A stretch of 64,000 nt of DNA from an uncultured delta proteobacterium (GCA_963716725.1 CAVQUB010000021.1:160001-224000), one strand, 5' to 3'; numbered from the stretch's first letter, positions 1-10,136 are shown. Translations and numbers: made by a program. Notes: generated from the sequence alone by a model not told the origin.

Positions 1-1110
1 AACTGGAAGGGACCCAAGGGAAAATTCCTCAACGGCCCCAAGGGTGAGCCTTGGTTCTTCCTCGGCGAGGATGGCGCGCTCTCGTACATCCAGCCCGAGA
101 CTCTGTCGAACCTCGCCTACAACATCGAGAAGGGACGCGGCCTCTTGCCGCTAGCGCGGGACGCAGATGCCGACCCACTCGGCGCCGCGACGCACAAGGG
201 TGTCGTGCAGCCACCTCCGGTGAAGAGCCCGGCGGAGAAATACAGCGATGACCTGCAAGCGCGATCGGTGATGGCGCGCTTCCCCGAGTTCAAGCCGCAA
301 GATTCAGGCAACCTCGCCAAGGTCGAGGCGGCGTACAAGAAGGCGAAGTCGGACATGTTCGTGCACGTGCTCGCGCCCTACGCGGATCAATTCCGCTGGG
401 TGCCCGCCTCGGGCAAGATCGACCAGACGGACCACGGTGGTGGTGACGTGCTGGTCCAGGGTCGCTCGGACAAAGCCTGGAAAGCCGGCGCGCCCGGCCT
501 GGAGGGCCACGGGATTTCTCTGGTGACGGGCTGCGAGTTCAATCGACCCTGTCGCGTCGGCCAGGTCGCCCTGGAAGGCTGGCCCGCGCCGCCCAAGGCA
601 CAAACCGTGGGGCTGGTCTGGGACGTGGACGGCACCTTCATCGTGTTGGTCACGCCGGACGGTGGTCGTTACCGCATTGGCCAGTGGTGGGGCGAATACG
701 CGACCAAGGGTGGCCCGTTGAAGACCGGCGCGACCGCGGAGGCGAGCTGGCCGCCGCCGCTCCAGCACGAGACCTACGATCTGTCCGCGATCAAGCTGCT
801 GGCCAAGGGAGGAGCAATCCCGCAGGCGGAGGCCGACGCCGTGGCTGCCCTCGAAGAGGCTCACTTCAAGTGCACGCAGGAGGTGTGGAAGAAGGGCCAC
901 GCCCAGCAAGAGAAGATCGAGGCGAGCGCAGAGCCTGCGAACACGAAGTACGGCAAGCTCTCGGGGATCGCCAAGCAGCACGAGAAGCTCGCCGAGAAGC
1001 AGTGCGCTCCTACAGTGAAGAAGTACGAGCGCGGGGTGCTCGACTTCATCGCTGCGCGCAGCAAGCAGCGAAGGGCGCTCTACGAAGCGGTCAAGCCGTT
1101 GGTGAAGTAG
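1..1110 (+). CDS. Hypothetical protein, 5'-truncated by window edge
   Basis: Frame of ORF 145..1110 is open from base 1 (NWKGPKGKFLNGPKGEPWFFLGEDG...); GC3-rich codons; no family recognised. Confidence 0.8.
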   Translation, partial: NWKGPKGKFLNGPKGEPWFFLGEDGALSYIQPETLSNLAYNIEKGRGLLPLARDADADPLGAATHKGVVQPPPVKSPAEKYSDDLQARSVMARFPEFKPQDSGNLAKVEAAYKKAKSDMFVHVLAPYADQFRWVPASGKIDQTDHGGGDVLVQGRSDKAWKAGAPGLEGHGISLVTGCEFNRPCRVGQVALEGWPAPPKAQTVGLVWDVDGTFIVLVTPDGGRYRIGQWWGEYATKGGPLKTGATAEASWPPPLQHETYDLSAIKLLAKGGAIPQAEADAVAALEEAHFKCTQEVWKKGHAQQEKIEASAEPANTKYGKLSGIAKQHEKLAEKQCAPTVKKYERGVLDFIAARSKQRRALYEAVKPLVK

Positions 1111-1222
1111 CCGCCGCGGCGCCTGAAAAGGGTTTCGCCTCCGGCGAGCACGACTCGAGGACCAAGCCGTACCCACCCGAGGCGATGCCCGTGGCCCTTC
1201 GAGCGGCCGCGTCGCGAACCAG

Positions 1223-3421
1223 TCAGCGCGCGCGCCGGCGGCGCAGCCCGAGCCCGAGCACCAGGGCGCCGAGCGCCGCCAGCCCTCCGCCGGATCCGGT
1301 CTGACCCGGCAGCGCGCAGCCGCAACCAGGATCTTCGTCGCTGTCCGCGGCGCCCGTCGGAGCCGGCGGCGGAGGCGGGGGCGGAGGCACGTCGCCACAC
1401 ATCCCGGGTTCCGAGGTCTGGCTCGAGCACTGCTCGCCCGTCGGGCAACCGTTGCCGCCTTCGCCGCGGCAGCCCTCGATGCACTTGTCGCCCTCGCAGA
1501 TGCGCCCGCTCTGGGGTCCGCCACAGTCGTCGTCGGTGTCGCAGCCGCAGACCGGCTCGAGCTTGGCGAGGCAGACGGGCCCGTTCGCGTCGTTCACGCA
1601 CTCGGCGGCGTTGGGGCCCGGCGTGCAGGCTTGGCACTTGCCACCCACGCAGGCCTGCGCGTTCGAGGGACACGCGCTGGTGTTGGTGGTCGAGCACTCG
1701 CCGCAGGTGCCGTTGGGCTGGCAGGCGGGCAGCTTCGGATCCGTGCACTCGGCGTCGGTCGCGCAGGGCTGACAGGTGTGAGTGGTGACGTCGCAGAAGG
1801 GCTTCTGCGCAGGGCAGTGCGAGTTGTCGTCGCACTCGTCCACGGTCACGGTGGTCGGCTGCGCCCCGGGAGTGACCGGATCGCCGTCCGAGAGCCAGAT
1901 CTTCTTCGAGCCGCCGGATTGCCCCGAAGCGGCCACGCTGCCCTGATTCGGAACCGACTCGCCCATGCCCGCCTTCACCTTGGCGCGGAAGCGGATCTCG
2001 AAGCCCGCGCCCACCACCAGCTTGCCGCCCTGGCTCGTGTCGGCGCCGCTGCCCAGTCGAAGGCGCAGCGTGCGGGTCAGGGGATCCCACTCGCCACGGT
2101 CGTCACCGGCCGCGTCGGACATCGGAACGCTTACGCCGTTCTCGACGCTCACCAAGCTCGCAGCCACGAACTCGAGCCGCGGATCGAGCACGTCTTCCCA
2201 GACCGTGTTCACCGCGCTGTCATTGCCGGTGTTCTTCGACTTCAGCACGTACTCGACCACGTCGTTCTCGAGCAGCACGCCGCCGTTCAGATCCGTCGCG
2301 ACCTTGTCGTAGTCGGGGAAATCTGGCGACAGATTGGTGATCGACGTCACGAACCCGCCGAGCAAGAACTTGTCCTCGGCAGACTCGGCGGACAGCTTTG
2401 CGCTCTTGTCGCCGGCCTTGACCAAGCTGGTGACGTCCACGGTGTCGAGGTCGTATCCGCCCATGGTTCCGGCCAACCCGCTCAGCTTGGGCACGTCGCT
2501 GGCGCCGCTGACGGGAGCGCCCAAGAAGCTCCGCGATCCGTTGAAGAAGTTGTCCTTGGGGTTGCCCGTCGACGCCAGGTATTGACCGTTGAAGGAGAGC
2601 TTGTCGCCGGAGTACACGGTGTCACCCTCGTAGGTGAACGCGGTCATCTTCGCGGTGTAACCCGAGGGGACCAGGAAGCCCGACAGCGTGACCGCCGCGG
2701 CGTTGAGGCCGAACTCGGGCGCGACGTGGGTGAAGCCGTCGAAGAGCGCGAGGTTGCGCAGCTCGTCTCCGGTGCGCTGGTAGAACACCACCAGGGTCCA
2801 GGCCGAGAAGGCGAGGTGCGCGTCCACGTTGGCCATCGGGATGGCGTCCACGTCGGTCACGCGAAAGTCCGGCGCCGCCCACTGGGACACCAACTGCGTC
2901 ACGTCGGCCGTCGACTGGTAGTAGTACCAATCGGGGTGCTGAGCGAAGCCGTAGAACGTGGTCCACGAAGCATCCGCGGTGACGACGCTGGGAATGCCGG
3001 TCGCGCTGTCGACGGTGACGTTCTTGTCGGGAGTGTTGCCGACCTGCAGCGCTCCCCAGTAGAGGCGCGCGTATTGGACCTTCGCTCCGGGCGGCAGCGT
3101 GAGGGTCGCGCTGGTACGAGCCTTGGTCGGCGCAATGGCGTTCGAGGCCACGTTGTCGCGCCAGTAGAGATCGGGCGCGGTGTCCGAGACGTTGGAGACT
3201 CCGGAGCACGAGACCTTCGAGCCCGCGGGGGCCGCCGGCATGCCCGCGGCGCAGTCGAACGCGAGCGTCGAGCCGATCACCACCGCATCCCCTTGTAGAT
3301 CTGCCTGGTGGCGGAGCTTGGGCGGGTGGTCAGGAGCGGCGGCCGCCGGGAGCGCGGTCAGGGTGGCCAGAAGCGAGACGATGTGGGCTCGAGACATGGG
3401 AAGCATCCTCCGCTCGGCCAT
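1223..3421 (-). CDS. Secreted surface protein: DUF3344-like N-terminal domain, DUF11-type repeat, Cys-rich repeats, MYXO-CTERM anchor
   Basis: Signal peptide; YARLYWGA; DVVEYVLKSKNTGNDSAVNTVWEDVL (DUF11-like); C-terminal GCGC + hydrophobic helix + RRRRAR. Confidence 0.85.
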   Translation of the reverse strand: MAERRMLPMSRAHIVSLLATLTALPAAAAPDHPPKLRHQADLQGDAVVIGSTLAFDCAAGMPAAPAGSKVSCSGVSNVSDTAPDLYWRDNVASNAIAPTKARTSATLTLPPGAKVQYARLYWGALQVGNTPDKNVTVDSATGIPSVVTADASWTTFYGFAQHPDWYYYQSTADVTQLVSQWAAPDFRVTDVDAIPMANVDAHLAFSAWTLVVFYQRTGDELRNLALFDGFTHVAPEFGLNAAAVTLSGFLVPSGYTAKMTAFTYEGDTVYSGDKLSFNGQYLASTGNPKDNFFNGSRSFLGAPVSGASDVPKLSGLAGTMGGYDLDTVDVTSLVKAGDKSAKLSAESAEDKFLLGGFVTSITNLSPDFPDYDKVATDLNGGVLLENDVVEYVLKSKNTGNDSAVNTVWEDVLDPRLEFVAASLVSVENGVSVPMSDAAGDDRGEWDPLTRTLRLRLGSGADTSQGGKLVVGAGFEIRFRAKVKAGMGESVPNQGSVAASGQSGGSKKIWLSDGDPVTPGAQPTTVTVDECDDNSHCPAQKPFCDVTTHTCQPCATDAECTDPKLPACQPNGTCGECSTTNTSACPSNAQACVGGKCQACTPGPNAAECVNDANGPVCLAKLEPVCGCDTDDDCGGPQSGRICEGDKCIEGCRGEGGNGCPTGEQCSSQTSEPGMCGDVPPPPPPPPAPTGAADSDEDPGCGCALPGQTGSGGGLAALGALVLGLGLRRRRAR

Positions 3422-3439
3422 GTAGCAATCTGTGTGCCG

Positions 3440-3460
3440 ATGTAGGTGCGAGGTCTACAC
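3440..3460. promoter_or_regulatory. Palindromic candidate operator ATGTAG-N9-CTACAC
   Basis: Immediately upstream of the 1223..3421 gene; same arms and spacing recur at 52198-52218. Confidence 0.45.
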
Positions 3461-3606
3461 GCGGACAAATCCCACATTTTCAGCGGCGGAGCGCGGCGAA
3501 TGGCCGGCGCAGCCTGGCGACCGCCAACCTGGAGTTGGCTGTAGGCGGGTGCACCAGCGGGGCCCGGAGCCAGGATTCGCAGCCCGCGCGCGACCCGACG
3601 GACTCA

Positions 3607-3864
3607 TCAGTTGAAGCCGCCGCAACCGCCGCCGCCGCAGGGGCCACCCGCAATCTCACACGAGTTGGTGGGGATGCCGCAACCGCCGCTGAACTCCGGC
3701 GTCGAGCTGCCGCCGCGCACGAAGGTGCTCGACAAGATGCGCCGCAACGGCGCGCCCGTGTCCGGGTGCGCGGTGAGCGCGGCGTCGCTCATCCTCTGCT
3801 CGGCCTCGTAGAGGCCTTGGACGCTTCCATCGGGACCGAGGACTTCGTATTCGTAGACAGGCAC
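3607..3864 (-). CDS. FmdB-family regulatory protein, variant lacking the zinc-ribbon Cys pairs
   Basis: MPVYEY...EQRMSDAALTAHPDTGAPLRRILS follows the FmdB pattern; Cys residues occur only in the Gly-rich tail. Confidence 0.75.
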   Translation of the reverse strand: MPVYEYEVLGPDGSVQGLYEAEQRMSDAALTAHPDTGAPLRRILSSTFVRGGSSTPEFSGGCGIPTNSCEIAGGPCGGGGCGGFN

Positions 3865-3899
3865 GACGCTGATCTACCAAAAGCGCAGCGGCGCGCAAC

Positions 3900-4577
3900 T
3901 CATCGACGCTTGACGCCCCCGAGCATGAGGGCCGGTGTGCCGGGGACGCGGTGCACCTCGGTCTGCTCCAGGGGCAGGCCCGCGAGCAGCTCCCGCGCGT
4001 CGTCGAGATCGATGGCTTGCCCGGCGACCCAGGTTCGGAAGGCCGCGAGCGCCATGCCCCGGAGCGGGCTCGGCAGGCGCCAGCGCCGCACAAAGTCCCG
4101 CGCGTCCCCGAGTCGACAGCCCCGATCGGCTTCGAAGACCATCAACCGACCACCCGGCGCGAGCACCCGGACGCACTCCGCGAGGCCCTGCGCCTGATCC
4201 GGCCAGTGCTTGATGCTGGCCACGCTGGTCACCAAGTCGAAGCGCCCGCTCTCGAAGGGCAAGTCGAGGGCCGAACCCTGCACGAAGGTCGCGCGCGCTC
4301 CCAGGCCGCGGTCCCGCGCGCGCTGGCTGGCCCGCGACACTTGGTCGGGGGAGAGATCCAGGCCCGTCACCGCGGCGCGCGGCCGACGCTCCGCGAGTTC
4401 GAGAGCGAGCTGTCCGCCGCCGGCGCCGACGTCGAGCACCTTCGCGTCTTCGCCGACGAAGTCGACCAGCTCTGCGGCAATGCGCTCGCCCATGGCCAGG
4501 ACCGCCGGCGCGATCACCCGATCGTAGATCAACGACTCGACCGCCGAGTACGGCGCGGACATGTCAGCAAGCACCAT
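3900..4577 (-). CDS. Class I SAM-dependent methyltransferase
   Basis: VLDVGAGGG, GLDLS, LPFESGRFDLV, RVLAPGG motifs. Confidence 0.9.
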   Translation of the reverse strand: MVLADMSAPYSAVESLIYDRVIAPAVLAMGERIAAELVDFVGEDAKVLDVGAGGGQLALELAERRPRAAVTGLDLSPDQVSRASQRARDRGLGARATFVQGSALDLPFESGRFDLVTSVASIKHWPDQAQGLAECVRVLAPGGRLMVFEADRGCRLGDARDFVRRWRLPSPLRGMALAAFRTWVAGQAIDLDDARELLAGLPLEQTEVHRVPGTPALMLGGVKRR

Positions 4578-4580
4578 CGC

Positions 4581-5243
4581 TCACTCCGGCGGCGCGACCA
4601 GGGGCCGCGGCTCGCCCTTTCCGACCACCATGGTCACGAGGAAGAACTTCTTGAGCGGGCGACGCGACTTCGCTTCTGCGCCGATCCCCCAGAGCCCGAC
4701 CTGGAGCTCGACCTTGTCGCCTGCGACGAGCGGCTTGTCCTTGGGCCCGGTCGGCCACTTGCGCTCGAGCTTGGCGATGGTCCCGGGCGTGACGAAGTCC
4801 TCGTCGTCACCCTCCCGCGTGTCCGTCTGGGACTCGACCTTGCCGCCCTTGCGGGTGATCCTGGCGGCGATGGCGAGCGCTCCCGACTTCGGCTTCAGGA
4901 GGGAGTGCATCGCGTCGTCCTCGGCTTCGCCCTCGACGTCGATCGCGATGCCCCAACCCGCGCCGACCCGGACGGCCTTGACGCTGGGCTTGAAGCGGAC
5001 GCCTTCGACCACCACCTCGAGCTTGCCCGAGGCCATCACGTAGTTGACCTCGCGTGGAGTGGTGTCCGCGGGCTCGGCGGCGGGTTCGGTCGCGGGCTCC
5101 GCGCTCGCCGTGGGCGGGGGCTCGGCGCTCGGGACAGGTAGCGGGCTGGGTTCGGCCTTCGACGGCGTCGGCGCGTGCGTCGCCAGCGGCGGTGAGCCGC
5201 ACCCCGCGAGCGCCAACGTCACCAAGGTCCATGCCTGCTTCAT
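4581..5243 (-). CDS. Hypothetical lipoprotein with Pro/Ala-rich tether
   Basis: MKQAWTLVTLALAGC lipobox; ATGA overlap with the amidohydrolase stop; C-terminal part of ORF 4581..6434. Confidence 0.8.
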   Translation of the reverse strand: MKQAWTLVTLALAGCGSPPLATHAPTPSKAEPSPLPVPSAEPPPTASAEPATEPAAEPADTTPREVNYVMASGKLEVVVEGVRFKPSVKAVRVGAGWGIAIDVEGEAEDDAMHSLLKPKSGALAIAARITRKGGKVESQTDTREGDDEDFVTPGTIAKLERKWPTGPKDKPLVAGDKVELQVGLWGIGAEAKSRRPLKKFFLVTMVVGKGEPRPLVAPPE

Positions 5244-6415
5244 GCTCTCGCCTCCGACCATTCTCGCTTCACGCTCTCGAGCAACGCGGCGTCTTCCAGC
5301 AGATCGAGCGTCGTTCGCGCCATGGCCTTGGCAGCGACCAACATCGTATCGAAACCGCGGGGGCTGGCCGCACACGCGAGGAAGCGATGCTCGTGGCAGA
5401 GCGACTCGCCCTGGTCGCAGATGGCCAGATAGGGATGAATTGACGGGACGATATGGCTCACATCGCCCATGTCCGTGGAGCCCGCCCCCACGCGATCGTC
5501 GGCCTCCCGGGCGGATCGACCCAGCGCTTGAAGCGCCGCCCCGAAGCGCCGCGCCATGGTCAGGTTGTTGATGATCTCGCGGTAGCCCGTGCGCACCGAA
5601 ATCGATACGTCGACACCTGCCGCCAGCGCTGCGCCTCGCGCGCAACGCTCGACGATGCCGCGGACACGCTCGAGTTCCGGCTGAGACCTCGCGCGCACCG
5701 AGAACTCGCAGGCGGCTCGCTCGGGGATGATGTTCACGGCCTGACCGCCGTTGGTCACGAAGCCGTGCACACGAACGCCGTCGCGGAAGTGCACGCGCTG
5801 CGAGTCGATCAATCGAAAGGTCTCCAAGCAGGCCGTGAGCGCGCTCGAGCCATCCCAGGGCGCGGCCGAGGCGTGGGAGGGTGTGCCCTCGAAGCGCATC
5901 TCGAGCCATTTGTTGGCAAGCGCCGGGTGCGTGAGCAGGTCGCGATCGAAAGGATGAAACATCATCGCAGCGTCCACGCCCTCGAACACCCCCTGCTCGA
6001 TCAACCGGATCTTGCCCGCGCCGCCTTCTTCGGCCGGCGTCCCGATGATCTCGACGGTGCCTGGAAGCTCGGGACCGAGCCGGGCGAGGGAGAGGAAGGC
6101 GCCGACGGCGCCGCCCGCGATCAGGTTGTGGCCGCAGGCGTGCCCGATCTCCGGGAGCGCGTCGTACTCCGCCAGAATCGCGACGCGCGGGCCTTGCCCG
6201 TTGCCGCTCTTGGCGCGGAACGCCGTGGGATACCCACCGAGCTCGCGCTCGACTTGGACTTTGCCGAGCTGTTCGAGCGCCTCGCTGATCCAGGCCGCAG
6301 CTCGGTGCTCCTCCCAGCGCAGCTCGGGGTTTTCGTGCACCCGACGCGAGAGGTCGACGAGCGGCTCCCGGAGATCGTCCACGGCGCGATCGGTCAGCGT
6401 GCGGTCGATGGCCAT
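5240..6415 (-). CDS. M20 family amidohydrolase (ACY1L2/AbgB-like)
   Basis: HENPEL, AEYDALPEIGHACGHNLI, GTPAEEGG, GSTDMGDVS motifs. Confidence 0.93.
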   Translation of the reverse strand: MAIDRTLTDRAVDDLREPLVDLSRRVHENPELRWEEHRAAAWISEALEQLGKVQVERELGGYPTAFRAKSGNGQGPRVAILAEYDALPEIGHACGHNLIAGGAVGAFLSLARLGPELPGTVEIIGTPAEEGGAGKIRLIEQGVFEGVDAAMMFHPFDRDLLTHPALANKWLEMRFEGTPSHASAAPWDGSSALTACLETFRLIDSQRVHFRDGVRVHGFVTNGGQAVNIIPERAACEFSVRARSQPELERVRGIVERCARGAALAAGVDVSISVRTGYREIINNLTMARRFGAALQALGRSAREADDRVGAGSTDMGDVSHIVPSIHPYLAICDQGESLCHEHRFLACAASPRGFDTMLVAAKAMARTTLDLLEDAALLESVKREWSEARA

Positions 6416-6466
6416 GGCCGGAAAGAATTAGCACGCGACGGCGGTCTTTTGTCGCAGGATGCGCCC

Positions 6467-7582
6467 GTGCAACGCGCAGCTGTCTTGATGCTCGTTTCTC
6501 TGGTGGTGGTGGCCTGCGAGCGACCCGACTCGCCTCGGGTCGTTGCCGCCAATGACTCCGAGAAACCCCTCGGTCCGGCCACTTCGGTGTCCGCCGCTCC
6601 TCCCCCTTCCGCGGCTCCGTTCAAGATCGACGTCACCGCCAAGGCCATGGGCACCGAGGTGCGCGTCATCGCGTTCTCGAACGCGAAAGCAGACGAAGCC
6701 CAGACTCGGGCCGCCATCGATGGGGCCATCGGCGAGATCCGCCGCCTCGAGGACGTCATGACCACCTGGCGGGCGAGCGAGCTCGAGAGCCTCAACCAGA
6801 AGTCGGGCGAATGGGTGGAGGTCGGCCCAGACTCCCTCGACGTGCTCGACAAGAGCATCTGGGCCGGCAAAATCTCCAAGGGGACCTTCGACATCAGCTT
6901 TGCGTCCATGAACGACGTATGGAAGTTCGGTGACGCAGCAGATCCGGAGCCGAAGCTCCCGAGCAAGTTGGAGATCGCCAAGCGCCGCAAGCTGGTCGAC
7001 TTCGAGAAGATCGAGCTCGATCGCGCCGGCAAGCGCGCGCGTATCGGCAAGGGACAGCGCATCGACGTGGGAGGCATCGCCAAGGGCTACGCCGTGGACG
7101 CCGCGACGCGCGTTCTGCGAAAGGCGAGCGTGACCGACTTCTTGGTGCAGGCGGGGGGCGACTTGTTCGGCTCCGGCAAGAAGCCCGACGGGTCGCGCTG
7201 GGTCAGCGGGATCCGGGATCCGCGCGGCAGCGCCACGACCTTCTTCGCGACCATCGAGCTCGAGAACCACGCCTTCTCGACGGCCGGCGACTACGCGCGC
7301 TCCTTCGTCAAAGACGGCAAGCGCTACCACCACATCATCGATCCGCGAACGGGCTGGCCCGCGACGGCCTGCCGCAGCGTGACCATCTGGGCGGGCGACG
7401 CCTTCACCGCCGATGCGGTCGACGACGCGGTCTTCATCCTCGGCCCGGACGAAGGCTTGGCTCTGGTCGAATCGCTGCCGGACGTGGGCGCGGTGATCGT
7501 CGATGCGAAGAACCAGGTCCACGTCAGCCGTCGCCTCGAAGGCAAGGTGAAGATCACTCAGCCGCCGACGGACGCGCCGTGA
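6467..7582 (+). CDS. apbE: FAD:protein FMN transferase (ApbE) lipoprotein
   Basis: Lipobox VVVAC; AMGT, IDVGGIAKGYAVD, STAGDY, YHHIIDPRTG motifs; GTG start inferred. Confidence 0.93.
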   Translation: MQRAAVLMLVSLVVVACERPDSPRVVAANDSEKPLGPATSVSAAPPPSAAPFKIDVTAKAMGTEVRVIAFSNAKADEAQTRAAIDGAIGEIRRLEDVMTTWRASELESLNQKSGEWVEVGPDSLDVLDKSIWAGKISKGTFDISFASMNDVWKFGDAADPEPKLPSKLEIAKRRKLVDFEKIELDRAGKRARIGKGQRIDVGGIAKGYAVDAATRVLRKASVTDFLVQAGGDLFGSGKKPDGSRWVSGIRDPRGSATTFFATIELENHAFSTAGDYARSFVKDGKRYHHIIDPRTGWPATACRSVTIWAGDAFTADAVDDAVFILGPDEGLALVESLPDVGAVIVDAKNQVHVSRRLEGKVKITQPPTDAP

Positions 7583-8331
7583 AACTTCGTGCCATGGGCC
7601 GCGTAGTCAGCTCGATGAGGTCCTCGCTCGTCGTGCTCTTCGCCCTCGCTTCCACCGCGTGCACCGGCTCGACCGATTCGGGCCCTGTCGGCTCTGGTTC
7701 GGGCGGCTCGGCCGGTGGGGGAGCGGTGGGCGGCAGCTCCGCGGGCGGCTCGGGTGGCTCGGCGGGCTCGGCGGGCTCGGCGGGCTCGGCGGGCTCGGGT
7801 GGCGGGGTCGGTTCCGGGGGATCCCTGGGGAGCGGGGGCAACGGCGGCTGGGGCCCGAGCGCCTGCCCCGCACCCACCACCAAGCTCGGGTACTCGGTCG
7901 GCGACACCCTCGGCGACGTCGTCGTGGTGGACTGCGATACCGGTGCGCCGCGGAGCCTCGAAGAGGTGTGCGGCGCGTCGGCCGCTTGGGTCTTCGTTGC
8001 GCACTCCCACTGCCCCACCTGCAAGGCAACGGCGGGCTTCACCGCCTCAGTGGCCCAGAAAGTCGCCGCTCAGAACATCGCCATCGCGCACATCATGTAC
8101 GACGACAACGGGACCAGCTGCGCCGATTGGAAGAAGGCGTACTCGCTCGAAGGCATCTCCAACCTGAAGGTCTACGAAGATCCCACGGGCGCTGCCTGGA
8201 CGAAGCTAAAGACCTCGAACTACACGGCCCCCAGCGTGATCTTGAGCTCGTCGCGGGTGATCACCCACCAAGAGCACGGCATGAACGAGACCGAGGTGCT
8301 CGCCGCGCTTCAGGTCGCCCTCGGAAAGTGA
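7579..8331 (+). CDS. Lipoprotein with Gly/Ser tether and thioredoxin-like (redoxin) domain
   Basis: STAC lipobox; GYSVGDTL; HCPTC CxxC; cis-Pro-like TAP; overlaps apbE stop (GTGA); start could be 7594 or 7615. Confidence 0.75.
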   Translation: MKLRAMGRVVSSMRSSLVVLFALASTACTGSTDSGPVGSGSGGSAGGGAVGGSSAGGSGGSAGSAGSAGSAGSGGGVGSGGSLGSGGNGGWGPSACPAPTTKLGYSVGDTLGDVVVVDCDTGAPRSLEEVCGASAAWVFVAHSHCPTCKATAGFTASVAQKVAAQNIAIAHIMYDDNGTSCADWKKAYSLEGISNLKVYEDPTGAAWTKLKTSNYTAPSVILSSSRVITHQEHGMNETEVLAALQVALGK

Positions 8332-8424
8332 AGCCCGCCCGAACGGCCAAGAATTCGCAGAGTAGCCACTAACTCGCCTCCGCGAAAACAGCTCCGATAC
8401 CATTTCGGAACTGGAGGACATCGG

Positions 8425-8784
8425 ATGCACGAGAGAAGAGTTCGTCGCTCGCTGGAGCGCGGAGAGGCGCTTTCGTACCAGCTCGACGCCTGCGTAGAGC
8501 GGACGGGAGCGAAATTCATGGTGCTCGCGGACGACGGCGGGCTGGTGCTGGCCAGCTCGAGCTGGGACGCGGACGAGTGCGAGGAGACCGCGGCGCGCAT
8601 GGCGACGCTGGGCCTCTGCGAGGACTCGGTCGGCGAGGTCTGGCGCGAAGATCGTGCGCTGGCCGTCCTCGGCTTTTCGGCCATCGGCCAGCGCCTGACC
8701 CTGGGGATCGGGGGGCCATCGGTGGACGGCCTGCTGCCCGAAGTCCAAAGCGCCATCGACGGCGCCAAGCGCATCTTGGCCTGA
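8425..8784 (+). CDS. Roadblock/LC7 (MglB-like) domain protein
   Basis: 119 aa; FMVLADDGGLVLASS signature; GGAGG RBS upstream. Confidence 0.6.
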   Translation: MHERRVRRSLERGEALSYQLDACVERTGAKFMVLADDGGLVLASSSWDADECEETAARMATLGLCEDSVGEVWREDRALAVLGFSAIGQRLTLGIGGPSVDGLLPEVQSAIDGAKRILA

Positions 8785-8820
8785 CGCCAGGACCCGACCA
8801 GGCCGCGCGCTCGCGCCGGC

Positions 8821-9357
8821 TCACTCCTCGTCGGCGAACTCGTCGCTCTCGGGGATCTCGTCCACGCCTTTGCCGCCGCGCACCGGGATGGCGCGGGCGT
8901 GGGCGACCTTCTCGAGCGCCAGCGCCAGCCCCGCTCGGTTGCCCACCTCCGGCAAGAGCGCGTGGGTCCCGTCCCACAGGTCGAGCACGACGGCGCGCGG
9001 TTGATCCAAGATGATGCGGTCGATCTGCGGCCAGCGATAGCGCCGGACGCGAGGCCAGCCGAGCGCGAGCACGTCCCGATATTCGACACCGTCCGCACGG
9101 ATGCGCACTCCCCGCATGCTGGCGCGGAGCAAGACCGAGAAGGCCGAAGCCGCGATCAGCGCGGCGAAGGTCCGCGAGCTGATCACGCGCCGTGGATCCT
9201 GCTCGACAATCCATGCGTGCAGACTGGACCCCCTCGGCCCGACGTGCGCAGCAACGACCACGCCGATGGCGGTCAACGCGAGCATCAGATAGATGATCGT
9301 CGGCAACAGGGCCACCACCGGCGGACCGAAGGAGGTCTCCGCCGGTCGGTAGGTCAT
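8821..9357 (-). CDS. Membrane protein with bacterial PH-like domain
   Basis: Two TM helices followed by GVRIRADGVEYR...RRYRWPQIDRI. Confidence 0.7.
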   Translation of the reverse strand: MTYRPAETSFGPPVVALLPTIIYLMLALTAIGVVVAAHVGPRGSSLHAWIVEQDPRRVISSRTFAALIAASAFSVLLRASMRGVRIRADGVEYRDVLALGWPRVRRYRWPQIDRIILDQPRAVVLDLWDGTHALLPEVGNRAGLALALEKVAHARAIPVRGGKGVDEIPESDEFADEE

Positions 9358-9484
9358 GTCGAACCCGGGGGGACGCGACTGCCGAGGCACTGGGGATGGA
9401 ACCTAGCTCCCGACCCTTTCCTTGGAAAGACGCTCGTCCTTGCCGCCGCCCCGGGGTTTCGCTACGTGAAGCCCAGAGGTCAGC

Positions 9485-10132
9485 ATGAAGTTCTTCATCG
9501 ACAGCGGCGACATCGGCGAAATCAAAGAGGCCTGGGCCATGGGCGCCATCGACGGCGTGACCACCAACCCTTCCCTGCTTTCCAAGGCGGGTTTGTCCAC
9601 GCGGAAGGCCATCGAGCAGATCTGTGAGGTCGTGGACGGCCCGATCTCGGCCGAAGTGCTGGCCACCGACACCCAGGGCATCCTGTCCGAGGGCCGGGAG
9701 CTGGCCAAAATCCACAAGAACATCGTGGTCAAGGTGCCGCTCTTGGTGGACGGCCTGAAGGCTGTGCGGGTGTTCACCGGCGAGAGCATCAAGACCAACG
9801 TGACGCTGTGCTTCTCCGCCACCCAGGCGCTGCTCGCCGCGAAGGCCGGCGCTACCTACATCTCGCCCTTCGTCGGCCGCCTCGACGACTTGGCCGAAGA
9901 CGGCATGGATCTGATCCAGCAGATCGTCACCATCTACGACAACTACGACTTCGACACCGAGGTGCTGGTCGCGAGCGTACGGCACCCGATCCACATCGTG
10001 CAGGCTGCGCTCATGGGCGCCCACGTGGCGACGATCCCGTTCAAGGTCATCACGCAGCTCGTCAAGCACCCCATGACCGATCTCGGGCTGGCGAAGTTCC
10101 TCGAAGACGCGAAGAAGATCCCGCGGGACTGA
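9485..10132 (+). CDS. tal: Transaldolase / fructose-6-phosphate aldolase (TalC/MipB family)
   Basis: [13 protein letters not shown] (Schiff-base Lys), [17 protein letters not shown]; Glu in ISAEV and Phe in SPF favour transaldolase. Confidence 0.93.
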   Translation: MKFFIDSGDIGEIKEAWAMGAIDGVTTNPSLLSKAGLSTRKAIEQICEVVDGPISAEVLATDTQGILSEGRELAKIHKNIVVKVPLLVDGLKAVRVFTGESIKTNVTLCFSATQALLAAKAGATYISPFVGRLDDLAEDGMDLIQQIVTIYDNYDFDTEVLVASVRHPIHIVQAALMGAHVATIPFKVITQLVKHPMTDLGLAKFLEDAKKIPRD

Positions 10133-10136
10133 GCGC

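Noticed and set aside
3461..3606. Possible ncRNA between the MYXO-CTERM gene and the fmdB-like gene
   Set aside because: Only short GC-rich hairpins; no recognisable RNA family
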